Below are positions 36,459-49,192 of a DNA stretch of 64,000 bases, one piece after another. This stretch comes from an uncultured Bdellovibrionales bacterium (lineage in GTDB: Bacteria > Patescibacteriota > Minisyncoccia > Moranbacterales > UBA1568): the NCBI GenBank assembly GCA_964500505.1, contig CAZCNN010000003.1:176-64175 (forward strand), written 5' to 3'. Numbering within the stretch: the first letter of the stretch is position 1; the number at the start of each line of letters is the position of its first letter. A model generated the notes under the pieces. The model saw only the letters and a list, made by a program, of their open reading frames with translations, was not told the origin of the DNA and made no database searches. The translations under genes and the position numbers were made by a program.

Positions 36459-37211
36459 ATGGAAATATCAATTGCTGCGGAAAAATTGTTTAGTATCGGG
36501 GCGATGCCTGTGACCAATGCTCTTCTCATTGGTGTGATGGTAAGCGCCCTCCTCATCTGGGTCATCACTCGGGCGACGCGAAATCGCACGCTTGTGCCAC
36601 GAGGCGTGCAGAACGTGATCGAGATCGTCTTTGAAGCACTCCTCAATCTCGTGGAGAGCGTCACTCAGGACAAGAAGCAAGCCCGCCAGTTTTTCCCTCT
36701 CATCGCGACGATATTTCTCTTTGTCCTCATCTCGAATTGGGCGGGACTCCTCCCGGGCCTCGGGACCGTCGGCGTCTACGGTGAGCACAATGGTCACCAC
36801 ACCATCATCCCGTTTCTTCGGAGTACCTCGGCCGACCTCAACTTTACCCTGGCGCTCTCACTCATCGCGGTATTGTCAGTACAGTTTGCTGGGATCGCCG
36901 CTCTCGGAATCATGAAGTATGGCAAAAAGTTCTTGATCAGTCCGTTTCACAAGCCCTATGGCATCGGGACGGCGGTCGGAATCCTCGAGCTCATCTCTGA
37001 GATAGGCAAGATCATCTCCTTTACCTTTCGTCTCTTTGGGAACGTCTTTGCGGGGGAAGTCCTCCTCACCGTCATGCTCCACCTGGTACCCTATTTCTTG
37101 CCCCTGCCGTTTATGTTCCTCGAGGTGTTCGTGGGGTTCATCCAGGCGGTGGTATTTGCCATGCTGACTCTGGTGTTCCTCAAGATGGCGACGCTCGAGC
37201 CAGAACATTAG
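36459..37211 (+). CDS. atpB: F0F1 ATP synthase subunit a
   Basis: 250 aa, polytopic, with the conserved essential Arg region (...FRLFGNVFAGEVLL...). Confidence 0.9.
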   Translation: MEISIAAEKLFSIGAMPVTNALLIGVMVSALLIWVITRATRNRTLVPRGVQNVIEIVFEALLNLVESVTQDKKQARQFFPLIATIFLFVLISNWAGLLPGLGTVGVYGEHNGHHTIIPFLRSTSADLNFTLALSLIAVLSVQFAGIAALGIMKYGKKFLISPFHKPYGIGTAVGILELISEIGKIISFTFRLFGNVFAGEVLLTVMLHLVPYFLPLPFMFLEVFVGFIQAVVFAMLTLVFLKMATLEPEH

Positions 37212-37272
37212 GGAAAGTAGACAAAAGTGCGATTTCGGTGTAGAATAGGTCAGTTTCATCAAGAAGAATTAA

Positions 37273-37521
<249 letters not shown>

Positions 37522-37562
37522 ACGAACTCACAACTGACAACGAACAACCAACAACGAAAGGA
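37522..37562. repeat. heptamer tandem array (NACAACN x5) between atpE stop and 4HB gene start
   Basis: acgaact cacaact gacaacg aacaacc aacaacg, read directly. It is the inverse complement of the array downstream of the 4HB gene. Confidence 0.8.
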
Positions 37563-37564
37563 AT

Positions 37565-37924
37565 ATGAATAAGTTCCGATTTCTTGAGTGGAAAGTGTAC
37601 AAGGATGCACAAGGGTTGTTTCTCGTAATAGTAGAGATTCTGAAGAGGCTCTCAAGAGAACAAAGATACGAGTTAGGAAGCCAAGTGAGTCGATCATCTC
37701 TATCAGTTGTGCTCAACATTGCAGAAGGAAGCGGAAAGACTTCGGATAAAGAGATGAATCGCTATTTCGAAATTTCACTCGGTTCTTTGTATGAAACACT
37801 GGCAGCTATTGATACACTGAAACAGATGAAAGTGGTGAGTGAATCAGAATGGTCGATAGTCTATGAGAAAGTCGAAGAAATAGCACGTCAACTGGGTGGT
37901 TTTAAGAAAAAGTTGAACAAGTAA
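37565..37924 (+). CDS. four-helix-bundle protein (TIGR02436 family) inserted inside the atp operon
   Basis: Same family pattern as 18261..18638 (...SLSVVLNIAEGSGK...YFEISLGSLYETLAAID...). Confidence 0.7.
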   Translation: MNKFRFLEWKVYKDAQGLFLVIVEILKRLSREQRYELGSQVSRSSLSVVLNIAEGSGKTSDKEMNRYFEISLGSLYETLAAIDTLKQMKVVSESEWSIVYEKVEEIARQLGGFKKKLNK

Positions 37925-37926
37925 AA

Positions 37927-37974
37927 GGTTTAAGTTGTAGGTTGTAGGTTGTAAGTTAATGGTTGTAGGTTAAC
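37927..37974. repeat. heptamer tandem array (GTTGTAG x6) between 4HB gene stop and atpF start
   Basis: ggtttaa gttgtag gttgtag gttgtaa gttaatg gttgtag gttaacg. Confidence 0.85.
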
Positions 37975-37977
37975 GAT

Positions 37978-38463
37978 ATGGAAGTGCTCGCAAAACTCGG
38001 TGTTGATTGGAAACTCCTCCTCGCGCAGGCAGTGAACTTTGCTATTCTTTTTTGGGTGCTCCGTCGCTATGCGTATCAGCCGATGCTCGACTTTCTTGAG
38101 AAGCGGACAGCCCGTATCGAGCAGGGACTGAAAGACGCTGAGGCAGCCACGGCCAAGCTCTCAGAGGTCGCAGCCAAAGAAGAGACCGTGCTCATGACTG
38201 CCCGGAAAGAAGCCAAAGCCATCATCGCTTCGGCTGAGGCGGGAGCCAAAAAGCGTGACGCCGAGCGAGCGGAGGAGACCGAGGCCAAAGTAAAGCAGCT
38301 CCTCACTGAAGCAGAGGCAAAGATTCGTGAAGAAAAGGAGAAAGCCATGATGAGTGCCAAAGCGGAAATCGGCGAGCTCGTCATGCTTTCGGTCGAAAAA
38401 ATCCTCAAGGAGAAGATAGATTCAGCCAAAGAAAAGGAGCTTTTGGATAAAATAGCTCGGTAG
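37978..38463 (+). CDS. atpF: F0F1 ATP synthase subunit b
   Basis: N-terminal TM then a long charged helix. Its operon position is standard. Confidence 0.85.
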   Translation: MEVLAKLGVDWKLLLAQAVNFAILFWVLRRYAYQPMLDFLEKRTARIEQGLKDAEAATAKLSEVAAKEETVLMTARKEAKAIIASAEAGAKKRDAERAEETEAKVKQLLTEAEAKIREEKEKAMMSAKAEIGELVMLSVEKILKEKIDSAKEKELLDKIAR

Positions 38464-38493
38464 CTTTGGAAATTGTAATTTGGAGTTTGGTGT

Positions 38494-38904
38494 TTGATTG
38501 GTAGTATGCATCCGACTGTCACGCAATACGCACAAGCGCTCGAGGAGCTCTCACTCGGGACATCGCCATCGCCTTTGACACTGGTGAAGAATTTGGTGCG
38601 GTTGCTCAAGCGTGATGGTCGATCTTCACTTCTCCCCGCTATCCTCGGAGCGCTCGAATCTCGTGAAGCGGAGCACAGTGGAGTGCTCGCGGTCCGGATC
38701 GTCACAGCACACACAGCAGATGGTACCACCGAGAAACTCCTCAGGAAGAAGGCAGAGGCGCTCTTCTCGGGGAAAAAGATAGTGGCTACGTTTGGAGTGG
38801 ACCCATCAGTCATCGGTGGCGTGCGCTTTGAGACGGAGGAAGCGGTGTATGACGCGACGGTTGCGACAGAACTCGCCAAATTGAGGAAGAGTATAAGCAA
38901 ATAA
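38494..38904 (+). CDS. atpH: F0F1 ATP synthase subunit delta (OSCP)
   Basis: Operon position between atpF and atpA. Short delta-like protein. Confidence 0.7.
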   Translation: MIGSMHPTVTQYAQALEELSLGTSPSPLTLVKNLVRLLKRDGRSSLLPAILGALESREAEHSGVLAVRIVTAHTADGTTEKLLRKKAEALFSGKKIVATFGVDPSVIGGVRFETEEAVYDATVATELAKLRKSISK

Positions 38905-38907
38905 TGT

Positions 38908-38975
38908 ATTAGAATCTATAATTTGGAATGTTGGTTTCAAAATTCCACATTCGACATTCTAATCCGAACATCTTA
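38908..38975. repeat. imperfect inverted pair of heptamer arrays (TAGAAT / ACATTC type) in atpH-atpA spacer
   Basis: attagaatctataatttggaatgttgg ... ccacattcgacattctaatcc. The arms are reverse-complementary. Confidence 0.7.
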
Positions 38976-38980
38976 TCACT

Positions 38981-40480
<1,500 letters not shown>

Positions 40481-40502
40481 TATTTTTTGAGAATTTCAAA
40501 CG

Positions 40503-40580
40503 AAGAATGTTGAATGTAGAATGAAGAATGTAGGTTTCGATGCATTTCTCAATATTCTATATTCGAAATTCAAGATTCAA
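40503..40580. repeat. inverted pair of heptamer arrays (GAATGTA x4 / ATTCTAT-type) in atpA-atpG spacer
   Basis: aagaatgttgaatgtagaatgaagaatgtagg ... aatattctatattcgaaattcaagattcaa. Confidence 0.75.
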
Positions 40581-40585
40581 TTGTT

Positions 40586-41512
40586 ATGGCAAGTGCACGA
40601 GACATCAGGAGACGCATCAAAGGCGTGAAAGGCACGGGTAAGATTACCCGGGCCATGGAGATGATTTCGGCTGTCAAAATGCGCAAAGCTGTAGGGAACG
40701 TCCTTGCTATTCGTCCATATGCACAGAGTGCTATCGAACTCCTCCGTCAGCTCGACCGAGCCGTCGGCGAAGAGCGTCATCCGCTCGTGACTGAGCGTCC
40801 GGTGAAGAAGGAACTCTACGTAGTAGTGACGAGCAATCGTGGACTCTGTGGGGCGTTTAATGCTCAGATCGTGAAGCGCCTGCGTCAGGTACTGAAAGAA
40901 GATGAAGGTCGGGAGCGCGCGTTTATCACCATCGGCAAGAAGGGCGAGAACGCGGTCCGGCGGATGAATGGTGAAATCGTCGCTTCATTCCCAGATGTTC
41001 TCACGTCACCGACCGCCGAGGGGATGCGCGGAGTAGCACACGTCATTATGGATGAATTCACCTCACTTCGAGTGGATCGTGTCGTGGTTATCTACACTGA
41101 CTTTATCTCGATGCTTTCCCAGGAGGTCAAAGTGCGAGCGCTCCTCCCGGTGGCCCTCAGTGATACCAAGAAGGCCATGCATGAAATCACGTCGCTCACG
41201 AGCGACGGTGACGAGATGAGACAGAACAATAGTAGGGGTACCACTGAAACATCGGAGTATACGATAGAACCATCCCCACAGAGCGTACTCGAGCAGATGA
41301 TCCCGCGCTTGATTGAGATGGAGCTCTACCATGCTATTCTCGAGTCCAATGCCTCGCAGGAGTCGGCTCGCATGATGGCGATGCGGAACGCGACAGATGC
41401 CGCCAAGGATATGGTGTCTGACCTGACGCTTGCCTACAACCAGCTCCGCCAGGGCAAGATTACTCAGGAAATTGCTGAGCTCTCAGCTGGTATGGCAGCA
41501 GTGCAAAAGTAG
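40586..41512 (+). CDS. atpG: F0F1 ATP synthase subunit gamma
   Basis: MASARDIRRRIKGVKGT... is a gamma N-terminus. 308 aa with an insertion. Confidence 0.9.
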   Translation: MASARDIRRRIKGVKGTGKITRAMEMISAVKMRKAVGNVLAIRPYAQSAIELLRQLDRAVGEERHPLVTERPVKKELYVVVTSNRGLCGAFNAQIVKRLRQVLKEDEGRERAFITIGKKGENAVRRMNGEIVASFPDVLTSPTAEGMRGVAHVIMDEFTSLRVDRVVVIYTDFISMLSQEVKVRALLPVALSDTKKAMHEITSLTSDGDEMRQNNSRGTTETSEYTIEPSPQSVLEQMIPRLIEMELYHAILESNASQESARMMAMRNATDAAKDMVSDLTLAYNQLRQGKITQEIAELSAGMAAVQK

Positions 41513-41582
41513 AATGTAGAATTTTGAATTTAGAATTTTGGAACCCAAAACCGACATTCTGCATTCTAAATTCTATATTCTT
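41510..41582. repeat. inverted pair of heptamer arrays (TAGAATT x4 / NCATTCT x4) in atpG-atpD spacer
   Basis: tagaatgtagaattttgaatttagaattttgg-aacccaaaacc-gacattctgcattctaaattctatattctt. Confidence 0.8.
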
Positions 41583-41612
41583 CAAGGAAAGAGGAAGGGG
41601 ATATGTAATTGA

Positions 41613-43043
<1,431 letters not shown>

Positions 43044-43045
43044 GT

Positions 43046-43492
43046 ATGATTAAGCTCAAAGTCGTAACTCCCGAAAAGATGGTGGTGGAGCAGGACGTCT
43101 ATCAGGCGACTCTGCCGGTTCTCCATGGCGAGGTGACGCTTCTCCCGAACCATGTGCCGTATATCGGCGCTCTTTCGGCTGGGGAGATTATGCTCCGATC
43201 CGAACCAAATGGGCCCGAGACGAGTCTCGCGACCTCGGGTGGCTTTGTGGAGTTTCATGACAATGTCCTTTCGATTCTCGCTGATACGGCCGAACGCGCC
43301 GAAGATATTGACGTCACACGTGCCGAAGAGGCTCGCAAACGTGCCGAGGACTTGAAGAAAGAACGAGTCACTATGGACGATGAAGAGTATGCTCGGACCG
43401 CGGCTATGATCGAGAAAGAGATGGCTCGGGTCAAGGTCGCTCGTCGTCACCAGGCCCGTCGTGGACTGAGTCCCGAGAGTTTGGGGCAGTAG
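43046..43492 (+). CDS. atpC: F0F1 ATP synthase subunit epsilon
   Basis: Beta-sandwich plus C-terminal helices. It is the last gene of the operon. Confidence 0.85.
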   Translation: MIKLKVVTPEKMVVEQDVYQATLPVLHGEVTLLPNHVPYIGALSAGEIMLRSEPNGPETSLATSGGFVEFHDNVLSILADTAERAEDIDVTRAEEARKRAEDLKKERVTMDDEEYARTAAMIEKEMARVKVARRHQARRGLSPESLGQ

Positions 43493-43564
43493 AGGTATTT
43501 TGTGAGAATATTCAAAACTCATCTTTCCACGGTCGTGAGAGGATGGGTTTTTTTGTTGAGATTG

Positions 43565-43647
43565 GTGCGGGGTTGACCCCGTTAGAGAACGCTGCGCCCT
43601 TGGCGCGACTTCAGTCGCTCCTAGCGACTTTTCTCTAACGGGGTTGA
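43565..43647 (+). repeat. structured repeat element copy 1 (about 80 nt): 13-bp outer inverted repeat CCCCGTTAGAGAA/TTCTCTAACGGGG enclosing two small hairpins; preceded by GCGGGGTTGACCCC motif
   Basis: Read directly. A second copy lies at 53878..53968 with compensatory changes in the first inner hairpin. Confidence 0.8.
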
Positions 43648-43697
43648 AAAAATCGCTTGTTTAAAGTACAGTGGGGAGGTAACGACCAGAAAATACT

Positions 43698-46133
43698 ATG
43701 AAAAATGGCTACGAACCGAAGAAAATCGAAGGGAAATGGCAGAAGTACTGGGAGAAAAATGGTACCTATCGCCAGTACAAGCGGTCCAAGAAACAGTATG
43801 TTTTGGATATGTTTCCGTATCCTTCCGGGGCGGGACTCCATGTGGGTCATCCCAAGGGCTATATTGCGTCGGATGTCTATGCCCGTTTCAAACAACTGGA
43901 AGGGTATGGTGTGCTCCATCCAATGGGCTGGGACGCCTTTGGGCTCCCTGCCGAGCAGTATGCCATCAAGAACAAAGTGCATCCGAGTGTCGCGGTCAAG
44001 AAAAACATCGCGACGTTCAAAAAACAATTGGAAAAAATTGGCTTTACCTATGATTGGGATCGGGAAATCAATACGACCGATCCAGAGTACTACCGTTGGA
44101 CGCAGTGGATATTCCTCCAGATGTACCACAAGGGCCTGGCCTATCAATCTTTTGATCCGATTAACTGGTGTCCATCATGTCAGACGGGACTGGCCAACGA
44201 AGACTTGGAGCAGGGTCACTGTGAGCGCTGTGGCACTCTCGTAGAAAAGCGTCCGATGCGCCAGTGGGTGCTCAAGATTACAGCCTATGCTGACAAGATG
44301 CTCCGAGATCTCTCGAAACTGGATTGGCCGGAGGGGATCAAAGAAGCCCAGCGGAACTGGATTGGCCGTTCCGAGGGGATGGTGTTCACTTCGCCCGTGA
44401 AAGATACCAAGCTCAAGATAGAAACGTTCAGTGCACATTTTGAGGCCTTTGCGGCTGACACCTTTGTGGTGATTGCTCCTGATCATCCACTCCTCCCGAA
44501 ACTGCTCGACGGTATCGCTGAAAAGGAAGTAATTCTGAAGCAGTGTGAGGAGATGGTGCGCAAGCGAGAAGCGGCGGGGTACGAGACAGAAAAGGAATCT
44601 GAGGGCATTTTTACTGGCCGTTACACGATTGACCCGGTGGGCAATGGCGAGCTCCCGATATGGGTCGCGAGCTATGCGTTGGCGGACTATGGTACCGGTA
44701 TCGTCAAATGTTCGGCCCATGACGAGCGCGATTTTGCTTTTGCTAAGAAATACGGTATTCGATTGAAGCCGGTTTTGTTTCCGGAGGATCAGGCTAAACG
44801 AGAGCAAGTGAAAAATCTCGAATACTGCTACACCGATATGGAGGCGGGTATCCTCATGGAGCCTGCTGCTTTCCAGGGGAAAAAATCAGGAGAAAGTCGT
44901 AAGGATATCATAGCCTATCTGGTCAAGAACAAACTGGCACGCAAGAAAACCACCTATAAGATGCGGGATTGGGTATTCTCTCGTCAGCGGTATTGGGGTG
45001 AGCCCATCCCGATTATTCATTGTGAAGCGTGTGGCGTGGTACCAGTGCCTGAGAAAGATTTGCCAGTGATGCTCCCCAAAGTGAAAGCCTACGAGCCCGC
45101 TGGTACTGGTGAGTCACCACTCGCTACAATCGCTTCATGGGTCAATGTGAAGTGTCCCAAGTGCAAGGGTCCGGCCAAAAGAGAAACCAACACCATGCCT
45201 CAGTGGGCTGGGTCGTCTTGGTACTATCTGCGATTTATTGATACCGAGAACCAGAAGGCACTCGTCGATAAGAAGAAAGAAGAGAAGATGATGCCAGTGG
45301 ATGTCTATGTCGGTGGCGATCATGCAACACGGCATCTTATCTATGCCCGGTTTTGGCATAAATTTCTCTATGACCAGGGGAGAGTGAGTACACCCGAGCC
45401 ATTTAAGCGTCTGGAATTCCTTGGTCTTATCCTAGCATCGGACGGTCGTAAGATGTCCAAGCGCTGGGGGAATGTCATCAATCCGAACGACGTGATTGAT
45501 CAGTTTGGGGCCGATGCCTTCCGTCTGTACGAGATGTTCATGGGACCGTTTACTCAGCACATTGCCTGGAATACAGATGGTGTAGTGGGGACACGGCGGT
45601 TTTTGGAGAAAGTATGGCGATTGCAGGAGAAAGTAGTAGGGAGTAAGCAGAAGGGTGTAAGCGAAGACAAAAATATCGAGAGCCTGCTCCATCAGACCAT
45701 CAAGAAAGTGGGGGAGGATATTGAAGAGTTCAAGTTTAATACTGCCATCAGTAGTCTGATGATACTAGTGAATGCTCTTGAGAAAGAGACCGAGATTCAA
45801 AAAGCTAGATTCGAAACTCTCCTCATTCTCCTCAGTCCCTTTGCTCCACACATGACCGAAGAACTGTGGACCGGGATGGGAGAGAAGAAGTCTATCTTTC
45901 TTGCAGAGTGGCCCAAGTATGACAAGAAAAAAATCGTGGCCGAGTCAGTCAATGTCGCGGTCCAGGTGAATGGCAAAGTACGGGCCGTCCTCGCTATCGA
46001 GAGTGGTATGAATGAAGACGAAGTGAAGGCCATGGCTCTCGCTGATGCCAATGTCCAAATCTATCTCGCTGGTAAATCAGTCCGCAAGATTATCTACGTC
46101 CCTGGTAAAATCGTGAGTATTGTGGTCGGATAA
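43698..46133 (+). CDS. leuS: leucine--tRNA ligase
   Basis: HVGH and KMSKR motifs. 811 aa with a CP1 editing domain. Confidence 0.95.
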   Translation: MKNGYEPKKIEGKWQKYWEKNGTYRQYKRSKKQYVLDMFPYPSGAGLHVGHPKGYIASDVYARFKQLEGYGVLHPMGWDAFGLPAEQYAIKNKVHPSVAVKKNIATFKKQLEKIGFTYDWDREINTTDPEYYRWTQWIFLQMYHKGLAYQSFDPINWCPSCQTGLANEDLEQGHCERCGTLVEKRPMRQWVLKITAYADKMLRDLSKLDWPEGIKEAQRNWIGRSEGMVFTSPVKDTKLKIETFSAHFEAFAADTFVVIAPDHPLLPKLLDGIAEKEVILKQCEEMVRKREAAGYETEKESEGIFTGRYTIDPVGNGELPIWVASYALADYGTGIVKCSAHDERDFAFAKKYGIRLKPVLFPEDQAKREQVKNLEYCYTDMEAGILMEPAAFQGKKSGESRKDIIAYLVKNKLARKKTTYKMRDWVFSRQRYWGEPIPIIHCEACGVVPVPEKDLPVMLPKVKAYEPAGTGESPLATIASWVNVKCPKCKGPAKRETNTMPQWAGSSWYYLRFIDTENQKALVDKKKEEKMMPVDVYVGGDHATRHLIYARFWHKFLYDQGRVSTPEPFKRLEFLGLILASDGRKMSKRWGNVINPNDVIDQFGADAFRLYEMFMGPFTQHIAWNTDGVVGTRRFLEKVWRLQEKVVGSKQKGVSEDKNIESLLHQTIKKVGEDIEEFKFNTAISSLMILVNALEKETEIQKARFETLLILLSPFAPHMTEELWTGMGEKKSIFLAEWPKYDKKKIVAESVNVAVQVNGKVRAVLAIESGMNEDEVKAMALADANVQIYLAGKSVRKIIYVPGKIVSIVVG

Positions 46134-46215
46134 GCCCCAGCTTATAGCTGATAGGGAATAGCTCATAGAAAAATTCAGGGTACCCATTCGACAGGCTTAG
46201 AGTTGTCTGCTGACA

Positions 46216-46254
46216 AGAAAGAAGCCCCGGCGCGGTTGTGCGCAAGGGCGGGGT
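46216..46254 (-). terminator. intrinsic terminator for minus-strand small membrane protein gene
   Basis: Minus-strand ccccgccc...gcgccgggg stem followed by cttctttctt. Confidence 0.5.
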
Positions 46255-46263
46255 TGTGGGGGG

Positions 46264-46446
46264 TCAGAAGGCCCGGAAGTAGAGCTTGGCTCCGCTGGTC
46301 AGGAACAGGCCACCCAAGATGAGCGCCAAGGGCGACCACACAGGTACTGAAGCGAATGCTCCAGCGAGAATGAGGAACACGCCAATGCCGGCGACGATGG
46401 CGCTAGACGCCAAGTACCCTGCTATCTGTGGGTCGATACGAGTCAT
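46264..46446 (-). CDS. small membrane protein (60 aa, 2 TM)
   Basis: aggaggg RBS before the ATG. MTRIDPQIAGYLASSAIVAGIGVFLILAGAFASVPVWSPLALILGGLFLTSGAKLYFRAF. Confidence 0.55.
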   Translation of the reverse strand: MTRIDPQIAGYLASSAIVAGIGVFLILAGAFASVPVWSPLALILGGLFLTSGAKLYFRAF

Positions 46447-46631
46447 GATGACCCTCCTGTTGTGTGCCAGAATCTGGCACGGGGTGAATTTTTAAGGCAC
46501 TGGTAACGACCCATTATAGCAGAAAAATGATAAAAAGTCAAGTGTCGATGTTCAGCAAGGAAAAGTGCTAGAATACGGGTAAGAATGGATTTAACCTAAA
46601 AGCTATAAGCTAACTCCTAATTCCTACCCCT

Positions 46632-48461
46632 ATGTGTGGCATCGTTGGCTATATCGGCAAGCGTCAGGCGAAGGATCTCTTGATCGAGGGATTGCATCGG
46701 TTGGAGTATCGTGGCTACGACAGTGCTGGCGTGGCGCTCGTTGGTGGTAACAAACTGAAACGAGTGCGTGCCTTGGGGAAAGTAGGAGAGCTCGAAAAGA
46801 AAACAGAGGGGATGACACTCGATGCGACGCTCGGTATTGCCCATACGCGTTGGGCCACACATGGCAAGCCGTCTGAGAAGAACGCTCACCCGCATGCTGA
46901 CTGCGCCGGGGCGATTTCACTCGTCCACAATGGGATCATCGAAAACTATACTGAACTGAAAGATGAACTGACCAAGAAGGGTCACCGTTTCTCATCCGAG
47001 ACCGATACCGAGGTAGTAGCCCATCTCATCGAAGAACATACGAAGAAGAGTCAGGATATGGAAGAAGCTTTTGCGCGCACGCTCAAGGATCTCCGGGGGA
47101 CGTACGGCATCGCCATGGTCGCCGTGGCCGAACCAGAACGGCTCTATGTGGCCCGGATGGGGAGTCCACTCCTTATCGGCGTCGGCAAGGACGAATATTT
47201 CGTGGCGTCTGATGTCTCAGCTATCCTCGCTCATACCAAAAAGGTGGTGTATCTCGAAGACGGTGAGCGCGCCGTCATCACCCGTGACGGCTATGTCGTC
47301 CGGTCGGGCCAGGTAGTGCAGAAGAAGACTGTCTCGGATATCGAATGGTCCGAGAAAGAGGCTAAGCGGGGTGGCTTTCCGCATTTTATGCTCAAGGAAA
47401 TATTTGATCAGCCGGAGAGCTTTGCTGATGCGCTCCGCGGGCGACTCCTCCCAGATGAGGGGTCAGTTCGGCTCGGTGGACTGCGCGCCGTAGCAAAGCG
47501 TTTGGAGGGTATACGGCGTATTGTGATCGTGTCATGTGGTACGTCGTACCACGCGGGCCTGGTCGGTGAGTATATGCTCGAGGAATACGCAGGGATCCCG
47601 GTCGAAGTCGAGTACGCTTCGGAGTTTCGCTACCGCAAACCACTCCTCGATAAATACACCGCGGTGCTCGCGCTCTCGCAGTCAGGAGAAACCGCCGATA
47701 CCCTGGCCGCTATCCGTGAGGCCAAGAACAAAGGGGCGCTTGCCCTCGGCATCGTGAACGTCGTCGGCTCGACTATCGCTCGGGAGACTGACGCTGGTGT
47801 CTACAATCATGCAGGGCCAGAGGTGTCGGTGGCATCGACCAAGGCCTTTACCTCGCAACTCGCCGTGCTCTCGCTCCTCGCCCTCTATCTCGGTCGCAAG
47901 CGTGGCATGTCACTCGTCACGGGTCAGCGGATTGCGCGGGAGCTCCTCAAATTGCCACGCCTCATGGAACGGATATTTGAACAGTCCGGTACGATCAAGA
48001 AGCTGGCCAAAAAGTATGCCAATCGCAAGAATTATCTCTACCTGGGACGGAAGTACAATTTCCCGATTGCTTTTGAAGGAGCCCTCAAGGTAAAAGAAAT
48101 CGCCTATGTGTCAGCCCAAGGGTATCCGACCGGTGAGATGAAGCATGGTCCGATCGCCCTCATTGATCGAGAAGCACTCGCGCTCTTTATCATGCCGGTT
48201 GATAGCGTCTACGAGAAAAGCGTGAGTGGTCTCGAGGAGATCAAAGCGCGTGGAGGAACCGTGCTCGCTATCACGACGGAGGGCAACACGGCGCTCGAGA
48301 AGAAGGCTGATGCGGTAGTGTATATTCCGAAGACCCTCGAGATGCTTACCCCTATCCTCTCTGTTATCCCGCTTCAGCTCTTTGCCTACCACATGAGTGT
48401 CGCACTCGGCTACGAGGTGGATCGGCCGCGAAATCTGGCAAAGAGCGTGACGGTGGAATGA
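46632..48461 (+). CDS. glmS: glutamine--fructose-6-phosphate aminotransferase
   Basis: N-terminal MCGIVGY (Ntn Cys), two SIS domains, C-terminal ...TVE. Confidence 0.95.
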   Translation: MCGIVGYIGKRQAKDLLIEGLHRLEYRGYDSAGVALVGGNKLKRVRALGKVGELEKKTEGMTLDATLGIAHTRWATHGKPSEKNAHPHADCAGAISLVHNGIIENYTELKDELTKKGHRFSSETDTEVVAHLIEEHTKKSQDMEEAFARTLKDLRGTYGIAMVAVAEPERLYVARMGSPLLIGVGKDEYFVASDVSAILAHTKKVVYLEDGERAVITRDGYVVRSGQVVQKKTVSDIEWSEKEAKRGGFPHFMLKEIFDQPESFADALRGRLLPDEGSVRLGGLRAVAKRLEGIRRIVIVSCGTSYHAGLVGEYMLEEYAGIPVEVEYASEFRYRKPLLDKYTAVLALSQSGETADTLAAIREAKNKGALALGIVNVVGSTIARETDAGVYNHAGPEVSVASTKAFTSQLAVLSLLALYLGRKRGMSLVTGQRIARELLKLPRLMERIFEQSGTIKKLAKKYANRKNYLYLGRKYNFPIAFEGALKVKEIAYVSAQGYPTGEMKHGPIALIDREALALFIMPVDSVYEKSVSGLEEIKARGGTVLAITTEGNTALEKKADAVVYIPKTLEMLTPILSVIPLQLFAYHMSVALGYEVDRPRNLAKSVTVE

Positions 48462-48480
48462 AAGAGGAGAATGGGTTAGA

Positions 48481-49188
48481 ATGGGTAATAGACAGAAATT
48501 TAATGCTGTGCGTATGCTTCGTAGTACCATCCCTGACTATCTCCCGCTTGACCGGCCGCTCATCATCTTTGACCTCGAAACGACGGGATTGTCGAGTGGG
48601 GAAGACAAGATAGTCGAGCTTGCCTATGAGAAAATCATGCCGAGTGGCGAGGTTATCGCCTACTGCGAACGGATCAACCCAGGGATGCCGATGCCGGAGG
48701 ATGCCAGTCGTATCAATGGCATCTATGATAAAGACCTCGTTGATTGCCCGAGTTTTGCCAAGCTCTCGTACGAACTCTGGAACATGTTTGATGGGTCAGA
48801 TGTCGGGGGATTCAACATCACGGGGTTTGACCTGCCATTTTTGCGGGGAGAGTTCGCCAGTGTCGGCAAGAACTTTGACTATACCAAGAAGAAGGTGCTT
48901 GATGCCAAGATCCTCTATCACAAGATGACGGCCAAAAACATGTTTGCACCGCGCAATCTCTCGGCTGCCTACAAGCTCTACTTTGGTAAAGAGCATACGA
49001 CGGCCCATACTGGGGCTGGGGATGTGCGGGTCACGGTAGAAATCCTCGAGAAGCAACTGGAGCAACATCCGGAATTCCGAAATTGGGAGTACCTCGCTGA
49101 GCTCCACGGGAACAAAAAACTCCTAGAGTCCGCCAAAACCGAGCACGCCCCACTCATCACTTCTCAATCAGCCGGAACACTTTTTTAA
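48481..49188 (+). CDS. 3'-5' exonuclease, DnaQ/DEDDh family (DNA Pol III epsilon-like)
   Basis: Exo I FDLETTGL and Exo III HxxxxD (HTGAGD). Confidence 0.75.
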   Translation: MGNRQKFNAVRMLRSTIPDYLPLDRPLIIFDLETTGLSSGEDKIVELAYEKIMPSGEVIAYCERINPGMPMPEDASRINGIYDKDLVDCPSFAKLSYELWNMFDGSDVGGFNITGFDLPFLRGEFASVGKNFDYTKKKVLDAKILYHKMTAKNMFAPRNLSAAYKLYFGKEHTTAHTGAGDVRVTVEILEKQLEQHPEFRNWEYLAELHGNKKLLESAKTEHAPLITSQSAGTLF

Positions 49189-49192
49189 ATCT

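Noticed and set aside
43493-43560. Clean intrinsic terminator after atpC
   Set aside because: A T7 run is present (gggttttttt), but I could not convince myself of a stable upstream stem. It may still terminate, so it is not listed as a feature.
46495-46631. glmS ribozyme upstream of glmS
   Set aside because: No match to the conserved glmS ribozyme core was seen. The spacer is an ordinary AT-rich leader.
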